From: an uncultured bacterium | GTDB lineage: Bacteria > Omnitrophota > Gorgyraeia > JAGLLT01 | DNA: 24,163 nt | Reading direction: 5' to 3' | Assembly: GCA_965370735.1 (NCBI GenBank) | Contig: CBDUVS010000001.1 | Location: 1-24,163 of the forward strand | Shown: piece after piece, positions 1-9,022 of the stretch | Layout: each line of letters opens with the position of its first letter | Position numbering within the stretch: position 1 is the first letter of the stretch | Program-made: the position numbers and the translations under genes | Notes under the pieces: model-generated | What the model saw: the letters and a program-made list of their open reading frames with translations, nothing else | Told to the model about the DNA's origin: nothing | The model's database searches: none

Positions 1-2
1 TT

Positions 3-488
3 GCTAACCATATGGCTTTAGCCGCCAGAACTGCACCGAAAACTAAAGGTGTAGATAATATAGTAGTAAAAATTCTAAAAGGGCGAGAATTGAAAAATTT
101 AGCTAAGGAAATGGAAAAAATTTCTAAAATTCATAAAAGGCCTGGATTTTATCGGGATGCTCAGAACTTAAAAATAAGCTCTTTTTTGATATTAATTGGT
201 GTAAAATCAAATCCTGCCAATCTTGACTATTGTGGTTTTTGCAGCTATAAAAACTGCGCTGAACTCCTGAAGAAAAAGGGGATTTGTTCTTACAATTCAA
301 TTGATTTGGGTATAGCAGTATCATCTGCCGTTAATACGGCGTCTTTATTGCATGCTGATAACAGAATAATGTACTCTGCAGGAAAAACTGCCATAAAAAA
401 AGGCTTATTTAAGGATAAATCCATTAAACAAGCCTTGGGAATTCCGTTAAGCGCGTCGGGTAAGAATATTTTTTTTGATAGAAAATAA
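3..488 (+). CDS. DUF2148-like ferredoxin-domain (Fe-S) protein, probably 5'-truncated by the window edge
   Basis: Motifs MALAARTAPK, CGFCSYKNC, C..NSIDLGIAVSSA, DNRIMYSAG and LGIPLSASGKNIFFDR match my recollection of DUF2148. The frame has no stop from position 3 (ANH) to the ATG at 12, so the true start may lie upstream. Confidence 0.75.
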   Translation, partial: ANHMALAARTAPKTKGVDNIVVKILKGRELKNLAKEMEKISKIHKRPGFYRDAQNLKISSFLILIGVKSNPANLDYCGFCSYKNCAELLKKKGICSYNSIDLGIAVSSAVNTASLLHADNRIMYSAGKTAIKKGLFKDKSIKQALGIPLSASGKNIFFDRK

Positions 489-494
489 CTTTTT

Positions 495-2114
495 TTAAGA
501 TACTGCTTTAGTGCTTAAGCCAATCTTTCTTTCATCATCATCTAGTTTAATTACCCGAACTTTTATTTCGTTTCCAGGTTTATATGTTTCGGTTAATTCA
601 CCGGATGGTTTATTTTCCAGTTCACTTACATGAACTAAACCTTCAATATCAGGTTCCAACTCAACAAAAATTCCAAAATTCATAACCTTACTTATTTTTC
701 CATCAATAATAAGTCCAGTCGCGTACTTTTCATTTATAGCCGGCCATGGATCAGGTGTTAACTGTTTAATCCCCAAAGATATCTTATGTGTATTGGGGTC
801 TACAGAAATAATCACAGCTTCAATTTTATCACCCTTCTTGATTACTTCTTCAGGGTGATTAATTTTTTTAGTCCACGACATATCTGACACATGGACTAAG
901 CCTTCTATGCCATCCTCAAGTTCCACAAAAGCACCGTAATTAGTCAAATGCCTAACTTTGCCTTTTACCTTCGAACCTTCTGTGTATTTCTTAGCTATAT
1001 CTTCCCAGGGGTTACTTTCAACTTGCTTTAATCCCAGAGATATTTTTTTGTTGTCCTTGTCAATGTTCAAAACTATAACCTCTGCAACATCACCAATAGC
1101 CAGCATCTCTGAAGGATCGGTTACTCTTTTTGTCCAAGAAAACTCAGATATGTGAATTAAACCCTCTATTCCCTTCTCGAGCTCGACAAAAGCACCGTAA
1201 TTAACTAAGTTGACAACCTTGCCCTTAACCTTTGAATTCACCGGATACTTATCCTCAACATCTTGCCAGGGATTGGCAGTCTTCTGTTTCAAGCCTAACG
1301 ATACTCGCTTATTAGTCTTATCAAAATCAAGAATAACTACTTCAACCTCATCACCAATAGCCAGCATCTCTGAAGGATGACTAATTCTTCCCCAGCTCAT
1401 ATCAGTTATATGAAGTAATCCATCTAAACCGCCCAAATCAATAAAAGCACCAAAATCGGTGATATTTTTTACTACACCTTTTCTTAACTGACCCTTCTCA
1501 ATTTCGGCCAGAAGCTTGTCTCTGCTTTGTGACATTTCCATCTCAACGTAGTCTTTGCGAGAAACGACAATGTTTTTTCTTGGTATATTGATCTTAATGA
1601 TTTTTAATTTCAGGGATTGGCCGACAAGCTGTCCCAATTCTTTAGGACTTCTAACGCCAGCTAAAGAAGCAGGTAAGAACGCCTGAATACCAATATCAAC
1701 CATAAGGCCGCCTTTTACTTTTCTAGCGATTGTTCCCTCGATAACATCCCCTTCGTTGTAATTATTAACAATAGTCTCCCAATTCTTTATTAAATCGGCT
1801 TTACTCTTTGAGACTATAACTATACCTTCGTCATTCTCTTTATCTTCCAATAAAACGTCAACCTGATCGCCAATTTTGACGGCTGAAGGGTCTTTAAACT
1901 CACTTAAAGGAAGTATACCTTCTGACTTATAACCGATATCAACAATAATTTCTTTATCGGTTACGTCAATTACTTCTCCGCTAATTATACTGCCTTCCTC
2001 TAAGTTTTTAAATGACTCATTGTAAATGGCATCAAGGTCAAAATCTTCCTTTTCCTCCTCTTGCCTTAAATCTTCGTTTTGTTCTTCTGTGTTTGGGTTT
2101 TCATCTGCAAACAT
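495..2114 (-). CDS. rpsA: 30S ribosomal protein S1, six S1 domains
   Basis: 539 aa with repeated S1 motifs (ITDFGAFIDL, VNYGAFVEL, TNYGAFVEL, MNFGIFVEL, EGLxHxS); AAGGAGG 9 nt before the ATG. Confidence 0.98.
   Translation of the reverse strand: MFADENPNTEEQNEDLRQEEEKEDFDLDAIYNESFKNLEEGSIISGEVIDVTDKEIIVDIGYKSEGILPLSEFKDPSAVKIGDQVDVLLEDKENDEGIVIVSKSKADLIKNWETIVNNYNEGDVIEGTIARKVKGGLMVDIGIQAFLPASLAGVRSPKELGQLVGQSLKLKIIKINIPRKNIVVSRKDYVEMEMSQSRDKLLAEIEKGQLRKGVVKNITDFGAFIDLGGLDGLLHITDMSWGRISHPSEMLAIGDEVEVVILDFDKTNKRVSLGLKQKTANPWQDVEDKYPVNSKVKGKVVNLVNYGAFVELEKGIEGLIHISEFSWTKRVTDPSEMLAIGDVAEVIVLNIDKDNKKISLGLKQVESNPWEDIAKKYTEGSKVKGKVRHLTNYGAFVELEDGIEGLVHVSDMSWTKKINHPEEVIKKGDKIEAVIISVDPNTHKISLGIKQLTPDPWPAINEKYATGLIIDGKISKVMNFGIFVELEPDIEGLVHVSELENKPSGELTETYKPGNEIKVRVIKLDDDERKIGLSTKAVS
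925..1203. repeat. 18-bp perfect direct repeat (925-942 and 1186-1203) between adjacent S1 domains
   Basis: acaaaagcaccgtaatta occurs twice, 261 bp (87 codons) apart, encoding NYGAFV. Confidence 0.85.
1088..1378. repeat. 30-bp perfect direct repeat (1088-1117 and 1349-1378) between adjacent S1 domains
   Basis: catcaccaatagccagcatctctgaaggat occurs twice, 261 bp apart, encoding PSEMLAIGD. Confidence 0.9.
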
Positions 2115-2123
2115 AAAATATTT

Positions 2124-2130
2124 CCTCCTT
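2124..2130 (-). promoter_or_regulatory. Shine-Dalgarno site of rpsA
   Basis: Minus strand AAGGAGG, 9 nt upstream of the ATG at 2114. Confidence 0.85.
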
Positions 2131-2150
2131 AGAAATAAAGATATCTACTC

Positions 2151-2179
2151 ATAATAGTATAGTGATGTTGCTTTGTCAA
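2151..2179 (-). promoter_or_regulatory. sigma70-type promoter for rpsA
   Basis: TTGACA (2179-2174), 17-nt spacer, TATTAT (2156-2151), in the plsC-rpsA gap. Confidence 0.75.
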
Positions 2180-2201
2180 GCAGAAATAGTTCTTTATTGG
2201 A

Positions 2202-2807
2202 TTAATGAAGTGATTTTATAGCTTGCATAACCTGCGAACTAAATTCTTGATAGTCGGGGTGCCCATTTTCACAGGCAAGAATCAAAGGATTTCCAAACCT
2301 GGCAATAATTTTAGCCGGTTTCAAGAACTTACTATTGCGCGGCAAGGCTTTCTCGGAACCACTTATATAGACAGGAATAACCATCGCGCTTGATTTAAAA
2401 GCAAGCATACCGACGCCTGCATGGGCTTTTTGTAAATTACCATCATAACTTCTAGTTCCCTCCGGAAAAATAACAACTATCTTCCCTCCTTTTAGCAATC
2501 TCAAGGATTTTTTAATAGCTGCCGTATCATTGCCGCCTTCTTCCTTAAGAGAAAACGCTCCCAATCTCGTTATAAGCCAACCAAAAAAATGATTTTTAAA
2601 AAGGCTTGCTCTGGCTAAGAAGTAAACTCTTCGCCTGGTACCAAAGCCGGCTATAAGCGGGTCTAGATAACTAACATGATTACAAGCAATAATAACCGGT
2701 CCTTTAGAAGGAATATTCTGGTAATTAATTAATTCAACTCGACAAAAAACTTTCAGTATTATATAGCATATATGTTTACAAACTGAATATATAATAGCAT
2801 CAAACAT
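2202..2807 (-). CDS. plsC: 1-acyl-sn-glycerol-3-phosphate acyltransferase (PlsC family)
   Basis: NHVSYLD (HxxxxD) and FPEGTRS motifs; 8-nt overlap with the end of cmk. Confidence 0.92.
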   Translation of the reverse strand: MFDAIIYSVCKHICYIILKVFCRVELINYQNIPSKGPVIIACNHVSYLDPLIAGFGTRRRVYFLARASLFKNHFFGWLITRLGAFSLKEEGGNDTAAIKKSLRLLKGGKIVVIFPEGTRSYDGNLQKAHAGVGMLAFKSSAMVIPVYISGSEKALPRNSKFLKPAKIIARFGNPLILACENGHPDYQEFSSQVMQAIKSLH

Positions 2808-3459
2808 AACTCAAAACCTTTTCAATAACTTCATCAATATTCAAACTAGTTGTATCTAAATAAATTGCATCCTTGGCCCGTTTCAACGCTCCCACTTTTC
2901 TTTGCTTGTCAGATATGTCCCTGATTTTTATGTCCTCGGCTAAATCTTCTTTAGATATATTTTTTCCTTCTGAAATTAATTGTTTATATCGCCTCTCAAG
3001 ACGCTCTTCGAAAGAAGCGTCCAGAAAAAATTTTCTCTCGGCATTTGGAAAAACAACTGTTGCAATATCTCGCCCTTCTACAACAACTCCTCCTTCTTTA
3101 CCAAGCGTTCTTTGAAGCTCAACCATAACCCCCCTCACTTCAGGAATATTAGCTATATGAACAACGTTTCTGGTGATGTGTGGATCTCTAATTTGAGTAG
3201 TTACATCATTTGAATCTAATAGTACTTTTAAAATATTGTTTTCAGATTCAAGTTTTATATTAACAGTTTGCGCAAGTTCAATTAATTTCTGAGGATTATC
3301 CATAGAAATTTTAGCCTGTAAAGCTTTAAGAGTTAGAGCTCGATACATGGCTCCCGTGTCAATATAAAGGTAATTCAATCTTTTGGCTACTACGCGAGCT
3401 ATGGTACTTTTGCCGGAGCCGGCGGGACCGTCAATTGCAATAATATATTTTTTTTTCAA
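2800..3459 (-). CDS. cmk: cytidylate kinase
   Basis: IAIDGPAGSGKST P-loop, YIDTGAMYRA, EGRDIATVVFP, RD..D..R. TTG start overlaps the tyrA stop (TTGA). Confidence 0.97.
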   Translation of the reverse strand: MKKKYIIAIDGPAGSGKSTIARVVAKRLNYLYIDTGAMYRALTLKALQAKISMDNPQKLIELAQTVNIKLESENNILKVLLDSNDVTTQIRDPHITRNVVHIANIPEVRGVMVELQRTLGKEGGVVVEGRDIATVVFPNAERKFFLDASFEERLERRYKQLISEGKNISKEDLAEDIKIRDISDKQRKVGALKRAKDAIYLDTTSLNIDEVIEKVLSYV

Positions 3460-4307
3460 TTTTTGATTTGACCGCGCTTTTTGCTTGCTCGAGTCAATTT
3501 TAATTTTATCTTAGTTTCATATGATTTTTTAAGAGCTTTTTTAAACTCATTAAGCTCTTCAATGAATATATCAATTTTTTTGACTATTTCTTTGCTATTA
3601 GACGCAAATATTCCCCACCAGATCATCTCAGATGATTTTGCAATTCGAGTAACATCTTTGAAGCCGCCAGCAGCAAATTTAAGTTCAGATGCAGTCACAG
3701 CGTTCATTAAAGATACAGCGATAGCATGTGGTAAATGACTTACAGAAGCTACTACCTCATCATGTTTTTTTGGACTTAAGGAAACTACGCGAGCTCCCAG
3801 CTCACGCCAAAACCGATTAACCTTATTGAGACATTGCTTGTTAGTTTTAGTCGTAGGAGTAAGAATTAAAACGGAATCTTTAAATAAATTAGCTCTCGCA
3901 AAATCAACTCCCCGCTTTTCTGAACCAGCCATTGGATGCGAACCAACGAAGAATATCTCCTTCGGGAGTATTTGCTCGGCAATTTTAACAACTTCCTGTT
4001 TAGTGCTAGCTACATCTGTAACAATGCAACCTTTTTTGAGATGGGGACTAATTAATGTAATAATATTTTTTATTTCAGTAACCGGCACAGCTAAAATTAC
4101 TAAATCAGAATCTTTAACGCACTCACCTAAATCAAGACTTCCTTTATCAATGGCTTTGCTTCTCACGGCTCTTTTAAGCGTAGTTTTACAACTTGTTAAA
4201 CCCACAACTTCACCTGCTAATTTACATTTTTTAACCGCTAATCCGATTGAGCCACCGATAAGACCTACTCCGATAATACTGATCTTTTTAAACATAAATT
4301 TTCTCAC
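3456..4307 (-). CDS. tyrA: prephenate/arogenate dehydrogenase (TyrA)
   Basis: GVGLIGGS Rossmann motif, [38 protein letters not shown]. Start is GTG at 4307 (GTGA overlap with aroF) or ATG at 4295. Confidence 0.93.
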   Translation of the reverse strand: MRKFMFKKISIIGVGLIGGSIGLAVKKCKLAGEVVGLTSCKTTLKRAVRSKAIDKGSLDLGECVKDSDLVILAVPVTEIKNIITLISPHLKKGCIVTDVASTKQEVVKIAEQILPKEIFFVGSHPMAGSEKRGVDFARANLFKDSVLILTPTTKTNKQCLNKVNRFWRELGARVVSLSPKKHDEVVASVSHLPHAIAVSLMNAVTASELKFAAGGFKDVTRIAKSSEMIWWGIFASNSKEIVKKIDIFIEELNEFKKALKKSYETKIKLKLTRASKKRGQIKN

Positions 4308-5317
4308 ATTAATCGCCCAATTGCTTCTGCTACTTTTTTAGTCATATTCATTAACTCTTCAAACTTTTCTGGTTTCAGAGATTGAGAACCATCAGAAAGC
4401 GCTTCTTCAGGATTTGTGTGAACTTCAATCATCAAGCCATCGCAACCAGCCGCGACAGCCGCCATAGACATAGGCGTCACCAAGTCCCATCTCCCGGTAG
4501 CGTGTGATGGATCGACAATTACAGGTAAATGGCTAAGCTGTTTAATAACCGCCACAGCACTTAAATCAAGTGTATTTCTTGTAGCATCCTCAAATGTCCT
4601 TATTCCCCTCTCGCAAAGAATCACATTCATATTACCTTCCGAGAGAATATATTCGGCTGACATCAATAAATCTTTTATCGTAGCACTCATACCTCGTTTT
4701 AAAACAACCGCTTTTTTAGTTTTACCTACTTCCTTTAGTAAATCAAAATTTTGCATGTTTCTAGCGCCTATCTGAAAAGCATCAGCATATTTATCCACCA
4801 AAGCTATCTGTCTTGGATCCATAACTTCAGTTACTACAGGCAGCCCTTCTTTGGAGCCAACATTTTTTAAGTATTTTAAACCTTCTTCACCTAAACCTTG
4901 AAAACTGTACGGCGAGGTTCTAGGTTTAAAAGCACCGCCCCTTAAAATCTTTGCCCCCGCTTTTTTTATCAGGTGTCCAACTTCACTTAACAATTCCGCA
5001 CTTTCAACAGAACAAGGCCCCGCCATAACAGCGATAGACTTACCGCCTACTTGCACATCTTTAATACTAACAACACTGGACTCCCTCTTGAAATCTCGAG
5101 AAGCAAGCTTATATGGCTTTAAAACAGCCATTACTTTTTCTACACCTTCAATTGCTTCCAGAGGCGTCGCGCGAAGTTTATCTTCTTCACCGATAACTCC
5201 AATGAGACTTCTTTCAATGCCTCTAGAAAGAACTGGCTTGAGGCCAAGTTTCTTTATGCGTTCTTCTATATGTTGAATTTGTTCTTCAGTTACACCCGGT
5301 TTTAATACAATAATCAC
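4304..5317 (-). CDS. aroF: DAHP synthase, type I-beta with N-terminal regulatory domain
   Basis: [59 protein letters not shown] start with an upstream AAGGGAG. Confidence 0.96.
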   Translation of the reverse strand: MIIVLKPGVTEEQIQHIEERIKKLGLKPVLSRGIERSLIGVIGEEDKLRATPLEAIEGVEKVMAVLKPYKLASRDFKRESSVVSIKDVQVGGKSIAVMAGPCSVESAELLSEVGHLIKKAGAKILRGGAFKPRTSPYSFQGLGEEGLKYLKNVGSKEGLPVVTEVMDPRQIALVDKYADAFQIGARNMQNFDLLKEVGKTKKAVVLKRGMSATIKDLLMSAEYILSEGNMNVILCERGIRTFEDATRNTLDLSAVAVIKQLSHLPVIVDPSHATGRWDLVTPMSMAAVAAGCDGLMIEVHTNPEEALSDGSQSLKPEKFEELMNMTKKVAEAIGRLM

Positions 5318-5320
5318 TAT

Positions 5321-6415
5321 TCAATCTCCCTTGATTACCTTTTTTAGACTCTCAATAAACTTCTTATTTTCCTCTTCTGTGCCAACCGTAACTCTTATCC
5401 AATTATTTAGTTTATATGAAATCATACTTCTGATGATAACACCCTTTTTCAATAATCGCTTAAAAATACCATCGGCATCTTGCTTAACATTTATGAGAAT
5501 AAAGTTAGTAGCACTCGGAACATAATCAAGCCCCAATTCATTTAATTCATTATAAATATATATTTTGCCTGATTCGGTTATCTTTATTGTCCTATCAAGA
5601 AAATCATCATCATCTAATGCGGCTTCACCAGCAACCTGCGCCAGCATATTTACGTTAAAAGGCTGCCTGGCTTTATTTATTGCTTGAATAATGTCCTTAT
5701 TAGCTATCCCATAACCCAATCTTAGCCCACTTAAACCATATGCTTTGGAAAATGTTCTGCAAATAATAACATTAGGTTTACTTAAATATTTAAGGCTTTT
5801 TGGATATTCTGAAATATTCCTGGCAAATTCACAATAAGCCTCATCAAGGAAAATAATGATATCTTCGTTGACTCTATCAATAAACCTGTTTAATTCACCT
5901 TCCGCTATATAAGTCCCTACAGGATTATTAGGATTAGAGAGGAAGATAATTTTTGTTTTCTCGTTTATTGTTTCATAAATTTTATCCAAGTTGCAGTAAA
6001 AATTATCAAGAGGAACTTCGATTACTTTTCCGGCCTCTTGCAATGTCGCCAACTTGAATATTAAGAAATCAGGGATAGATGTAATAACCTGCTCATGTTC
6101 ATACAAAAATGTCTTAATTACCAGCTCAATAATTTCGTTAGAGCCGTTACCAATTATGATGTTATTCATATCAACATTAAATCGTTGAGCAAGTTTCTTA
6201 CGAAGCCTGTAATTATTACTGTCAGGATACCTATAAACCTCCGTTAAAGACTCCTTCATGGCTTTGAGAGCCAGGGGGGAAACACCTAGTGGATTTTCAT
6301 TCGACGCCAACTTAATTATTTCTGACAAACCCAGCTCTCTTTTAATATCATTTATAGGCTTTCCAGGTTCATAAGGTTTTATACTGCTAATATTATCTCT
6401 TATTAACTTTCTCAT
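5321..6415 (-). CDS. hisC: histidinol-phosphate/aromatic aminotransferase
   Basis: KLASNENPLG, YPD, GNGSNEII, NPNNPVG, DEAY, RTFSKAYGLSGLRLG (PLP lysine), RVTVGT. Confidence 0.95.
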   Translation of the reverse strand: MRKLIRDNISSIKPYEPGKPINDIKRELGLSEIIKLASNENPLGVSPLALKAMKESLTEVYRYPDSNNYRLRKKLAQRFNVDMNNIIIGNGSNEIIELVIKTFLYEHEQVITSIPDFLIFKLATLQEAGKVIEVPLDNFYCNLDKIYETINEKTKIIFLSNPNNPVGTYIAEGELNRFIDRVNEDIIIFLDEAYCEFARNISEYPKSLKYLSKPNVIICRTFSKAYGLSGLRLGYGIANKDIIQAINKARQPFNVNMLAQVAGEAALDDDDFLDRTIKITESGKIYIYNELNELGLDYVPSATNFILINVKQDADGIFKRLLKKGVIIRSMISYKLNNWIRVTVGTEEENKKFIESLKKVIKGD

Positions 6416-7488
6416 TTTATTTTTTTTAATTCAACTTTTGGGTATGACCCTAATATTTTTAAATAGTGACAATGTTTTGATAACTCATTCAACGCCGCTT
6501 TTACTTTCTTATCTTCATGATGACCTTCAAAATCGATAAAAAAATGATACTTCCATGCTTCTTTTTTAGAAGGCCGAGACTCAATTTTCGTCAGGTTTAT
6601 TCTATGCTTTTTAAAAGGAGCAAGCATATCATACAAAACGCCCACCTTATCCTTAACGGAGAACATAATTGATGTCTTATCACTTCCCGTAAAGGGCACT
6701 TCATTTTTACCTATAACTAAAAATCTAGTCATATTACTATAACTATCTTCAATAGAAGAGGCTGCAATCTTAAGATTATATACCTCGGCTGCCAGTTTTG
6801 AGGTAATAGCCGCGGAATTTTTTGAAGATTTAGCCATCTTGGCTGCCGCAGTCGTTGAGGAAACATCAATTAATTCAGCTCTTGGCAAATTTCTTTCCAG
6901 CCATAACCTGCACTGACCGAAAACTTCAGCTTTAGAATATATTTTAGATATTCTATTTAATGCTACATTTGAAATAAGGTTATGACTTATTTCAAACAAT
7001 ATTTCAGAGCATATCTTAAGTTCAGAATCGACAAACATATCCAACGTGTATGTAATCGCGCCTTCTGTCGAATTTTCAATAGGAACTACACCGTAATCAG
7101 CGCGCCCCTTTTCAACATCCTTAAAAACGTCATTAATATTTTCACATGATAAATATTCTACTGATGAACCAAATTTACTCAAAGAAGCCAGGTGCGTAAA
7201 TGTGGCTGGTGGACCTAAATATGCCACCTTTATTGTTTTCTCCAAAGCTAACGAAGCCGACATAACTTCCCTATAAATAGCCTTTAAAGAACTATCCGAT
7301 AATGGTCCTTTATTTTGCTTAAGTACGTTTTTATAAACTTCTTTTTCTCTTGCGGGAGCATATATCTTTTTTTTAGCTTTGTTCTTTTCTTTCCCAATTT
7401 CTAAAGTAAAATTTGCTCGTTTATTTAAAAGTTCTATTATTTGCTCATCTAATTCATCAATTTCCTTGCGTAGTTTCTTGAGTCCCAT
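6412..7488 (-). CDS. pheA: chorismate mutase/prephenate dehydratase (P-protein)
   Basis: AroQ N-terminus LRKEIDELD..LLNKRA; PDT motifs YLGPPATFT, VPIENSTEG, NMTRF; ACT motif INLTKIESRP. Confidence 0.97.
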   Translation of the reverse strand: MGLKKLRKEIDELDEQIIELLNKRANFTLEIGKEKNKAKKKIYAPAREKEVYKNVLKQNKGPLSDSSLKAIYREVMSASLALEKTIKVAYLGPPATFTHLASLSKFGSSVEYLSCENINDVFKDVEKGRADYGVVPIENSTEGAITYTLDMFVDSELKICSEILFEISHNLISNVALNRISKIYSKAEVFGQCRLWLERNLPRAELIDVSSTTAAAKMAKSSKNSAAITSKLAAEVYNLKIAASSIEDSYSNMTRFLVIGKNEVPFTGSDKTSIMFSVKDKVGVLYDMLAPFKKHRINLTKIESRPSKKEAWKYHFFIDFEGHHEDKKVKAALNELSKHCHYLKILGSYPKVELKKIK

Positions 7489-8263
7489 CTTTTAACTCCT
7501 TTGTGATGTTTTCGCCCTCATTTATATCTACTGCTCCCCTTTGAGAATCAGACATTGGTAAATCGTCATTCAAATTTGTTTCGTCTTTGTCATTCAACTG
7601 TTTTTGTGTAGATTTAATAACTTCTTCAATTTCAGATTCTATAGCTTCCTGATCTTCCTCGACATTAGGTTTTTCGTATATATTGTTTACTACAAGCTCT
7701 TCATCGGCTCCGTTATTTTCTTCACCCATTATTTCATCGGCCACTTCTTTAAACTGTTCAATTGGAGGTAAATCATCTAGAGTTTTAAGGCCAAAGTATT
7801 TAAGAAAAAGATTGCTAGTGCTATATAAAAAGGGTCTGCCGATAACTTCTTTTCGGCCTTTTATTTTAATTAATCCCTTCTCCAGTAAACTACGAACTAC
7901 ACCATCTACATTTACTCCTCTTATTTCCTCAACATCAAGTCTTGTCACAGGTTGCTTATAGGCAATTATGGCTAAAGTTTCAAGCGACGGCTTTGAAAGC
8001 CGTTCAGTATGTTTATTACTAAAAAGTTTTCTCAGGTACTTCGCGAATTTAATTTTAGTCCCAATTTGATACCCACCTGCAACTTCATTAATTTCAAAAC
8101 TTCTTTGAGTCTCCTCATACTCCCGCTTTAAATCATTAATCGCTTCTTTAATTAAGGCAACATCAACATTATCAAAAACCAACCGCATTTGTTCAACAGC
8201 CAAAGGTTCTTCGGTTGATATCAGCATAGCTTCAATAACTGTCTTGAGTTCTGATTTTTCCAT
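7457..8263 (-). CDS. scpB: SMC-Scp complex subunit ScpB with acidic C-terminal extension
   Basis: IEAMLIS, EVAGGYQ, LSKPSLETLAIIAYKQPVTR, IRGV, GRPFLY.T..FL.YFGL..L.DLP. Confidence 0.95.
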   Translation of the reverse strand: MEKSELKTVIEAMLISTEEPLAVEQMRLVFDNVDVALIKEAINDLKREYEETQRSFEINEVAGGYQIGTKIKFAKYLRKLFSNKHTERLSKPSLETLAIIAYKQPVTRLDVEEIRGVNVDGVVRSLLEKGLIKIKGRKEVIGRPFLYSTSNLFLKYFGLKTLDDLPPIEQFKEVADEIMGEENNGADEELVVNNIYEKPNVEEDQEAIESEIEEVIKSTQKQLNDKDETNLNDDLPMSDSQRGAVDINEGENITKELKDGTQETTQGN

Positions 8264-8265
8264 TG

Positions 8266-9018
8266 TTATGCGTATGTACTCCTCACCTGTGGTTGAATTT
8301 GTTGAGTATTTCTCATAATATTTATCGAGCCAAAAGGCTCTTTCTGTATACCTATTATCTCTTTTAACCTTATGAGTTCCAGTATAGCCAAAAAAGTAAC
8401 TATTATTTCCATTTTATTCTTAGATTTTTTAAACAGATTGTCTACCCGAATCTTACTATTTTCAGCTAATGAATGAAGCAACTCATGTATTTTTTCAGAA
8501 ACACTAAATTCATCTTTGATAATTTCTCTAAATTTATCCCTGGGAACTTTCTCTAAAACCGTTGAAAAAGCGGATATTAAATCAAAAACGCTAGCTTCAA
8601 AATATATCTCACCTGATGAATCAGTATATTTCTTAATTTCTTTCGCGGATCTGGCAAAAACATCTTTTTGCTTTAATTCTCTTTCCTCTAAATGACTAGC
8701 CGCTTCTTTAAATTTCTGATATTCTAAAAGTCGCTTTACAAGTTCAGCTCGAGGATCATCTTCTTCTACATCTTCTTCTTCAATGTCTTCCTGCGGCAGA
8801 AGCATCTTGGACTTAATATGCATTAACGTTGCCGCCATCACAAGGTATTCTCCGGCAATGTTTAAATCCATGTTTCTCATAAGGTCAATATATTCAAGAT
8901 ACTGCTTAGTAATAGCAGCTATAGGAATATTATATATATCGAGCTCACTTTTTCTTATCAAAAAAAGAAGTAAATCAAGAGGCCCTTCGAACATTTCCAA
9001 TTTAACTTTATAAGCCAT
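8266..9018 (-). CDS. scpA: segregation and condensation protein A (kleisin)
   Basis: FEGPLDLLLFLI, I..IT.QYL, EYLVMAATL..IKSKMLLP, DPRAELV.RLLEY, FLAILEL. Confidence 0.95.
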   Translation of the reverse strand: MAYKVKLEMFEGPLDLLLFLIRKSELDIYNIPIAAITKQYLEYIDLMRNMDLNIAGEYLVMAATLMHIKSKMLLPQEDIEEEDVEEDDPRAELVKRLLEYQKFKEAASHLEERELKQKDVFARSAKEIKKYTDSSGEIYFEASVFDLISAFSTVLEKVPRDKFREIIKDEFSVSEKIHELLHSLAENSKIRVDNLFKKSKNKMEIIVTFLAILELIRLKEIIGIQKEPFGSINIMRNTQQIQPQVRSTYA

Positions 9019-9022
9019 GCAT

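Noticed and set aside
3826-4341. 171-aa plus-strand ORF, the longest antisense ORF
   Set aside because: It is a shadow of tyrA and the end of aroF, with no recognisable motifs and no SD or promoter seen.
7457-9018. scpA-scpB without an adjacent smc
   Set aside because: smc is commonly encoded away from scpAB, so this is ordinary.
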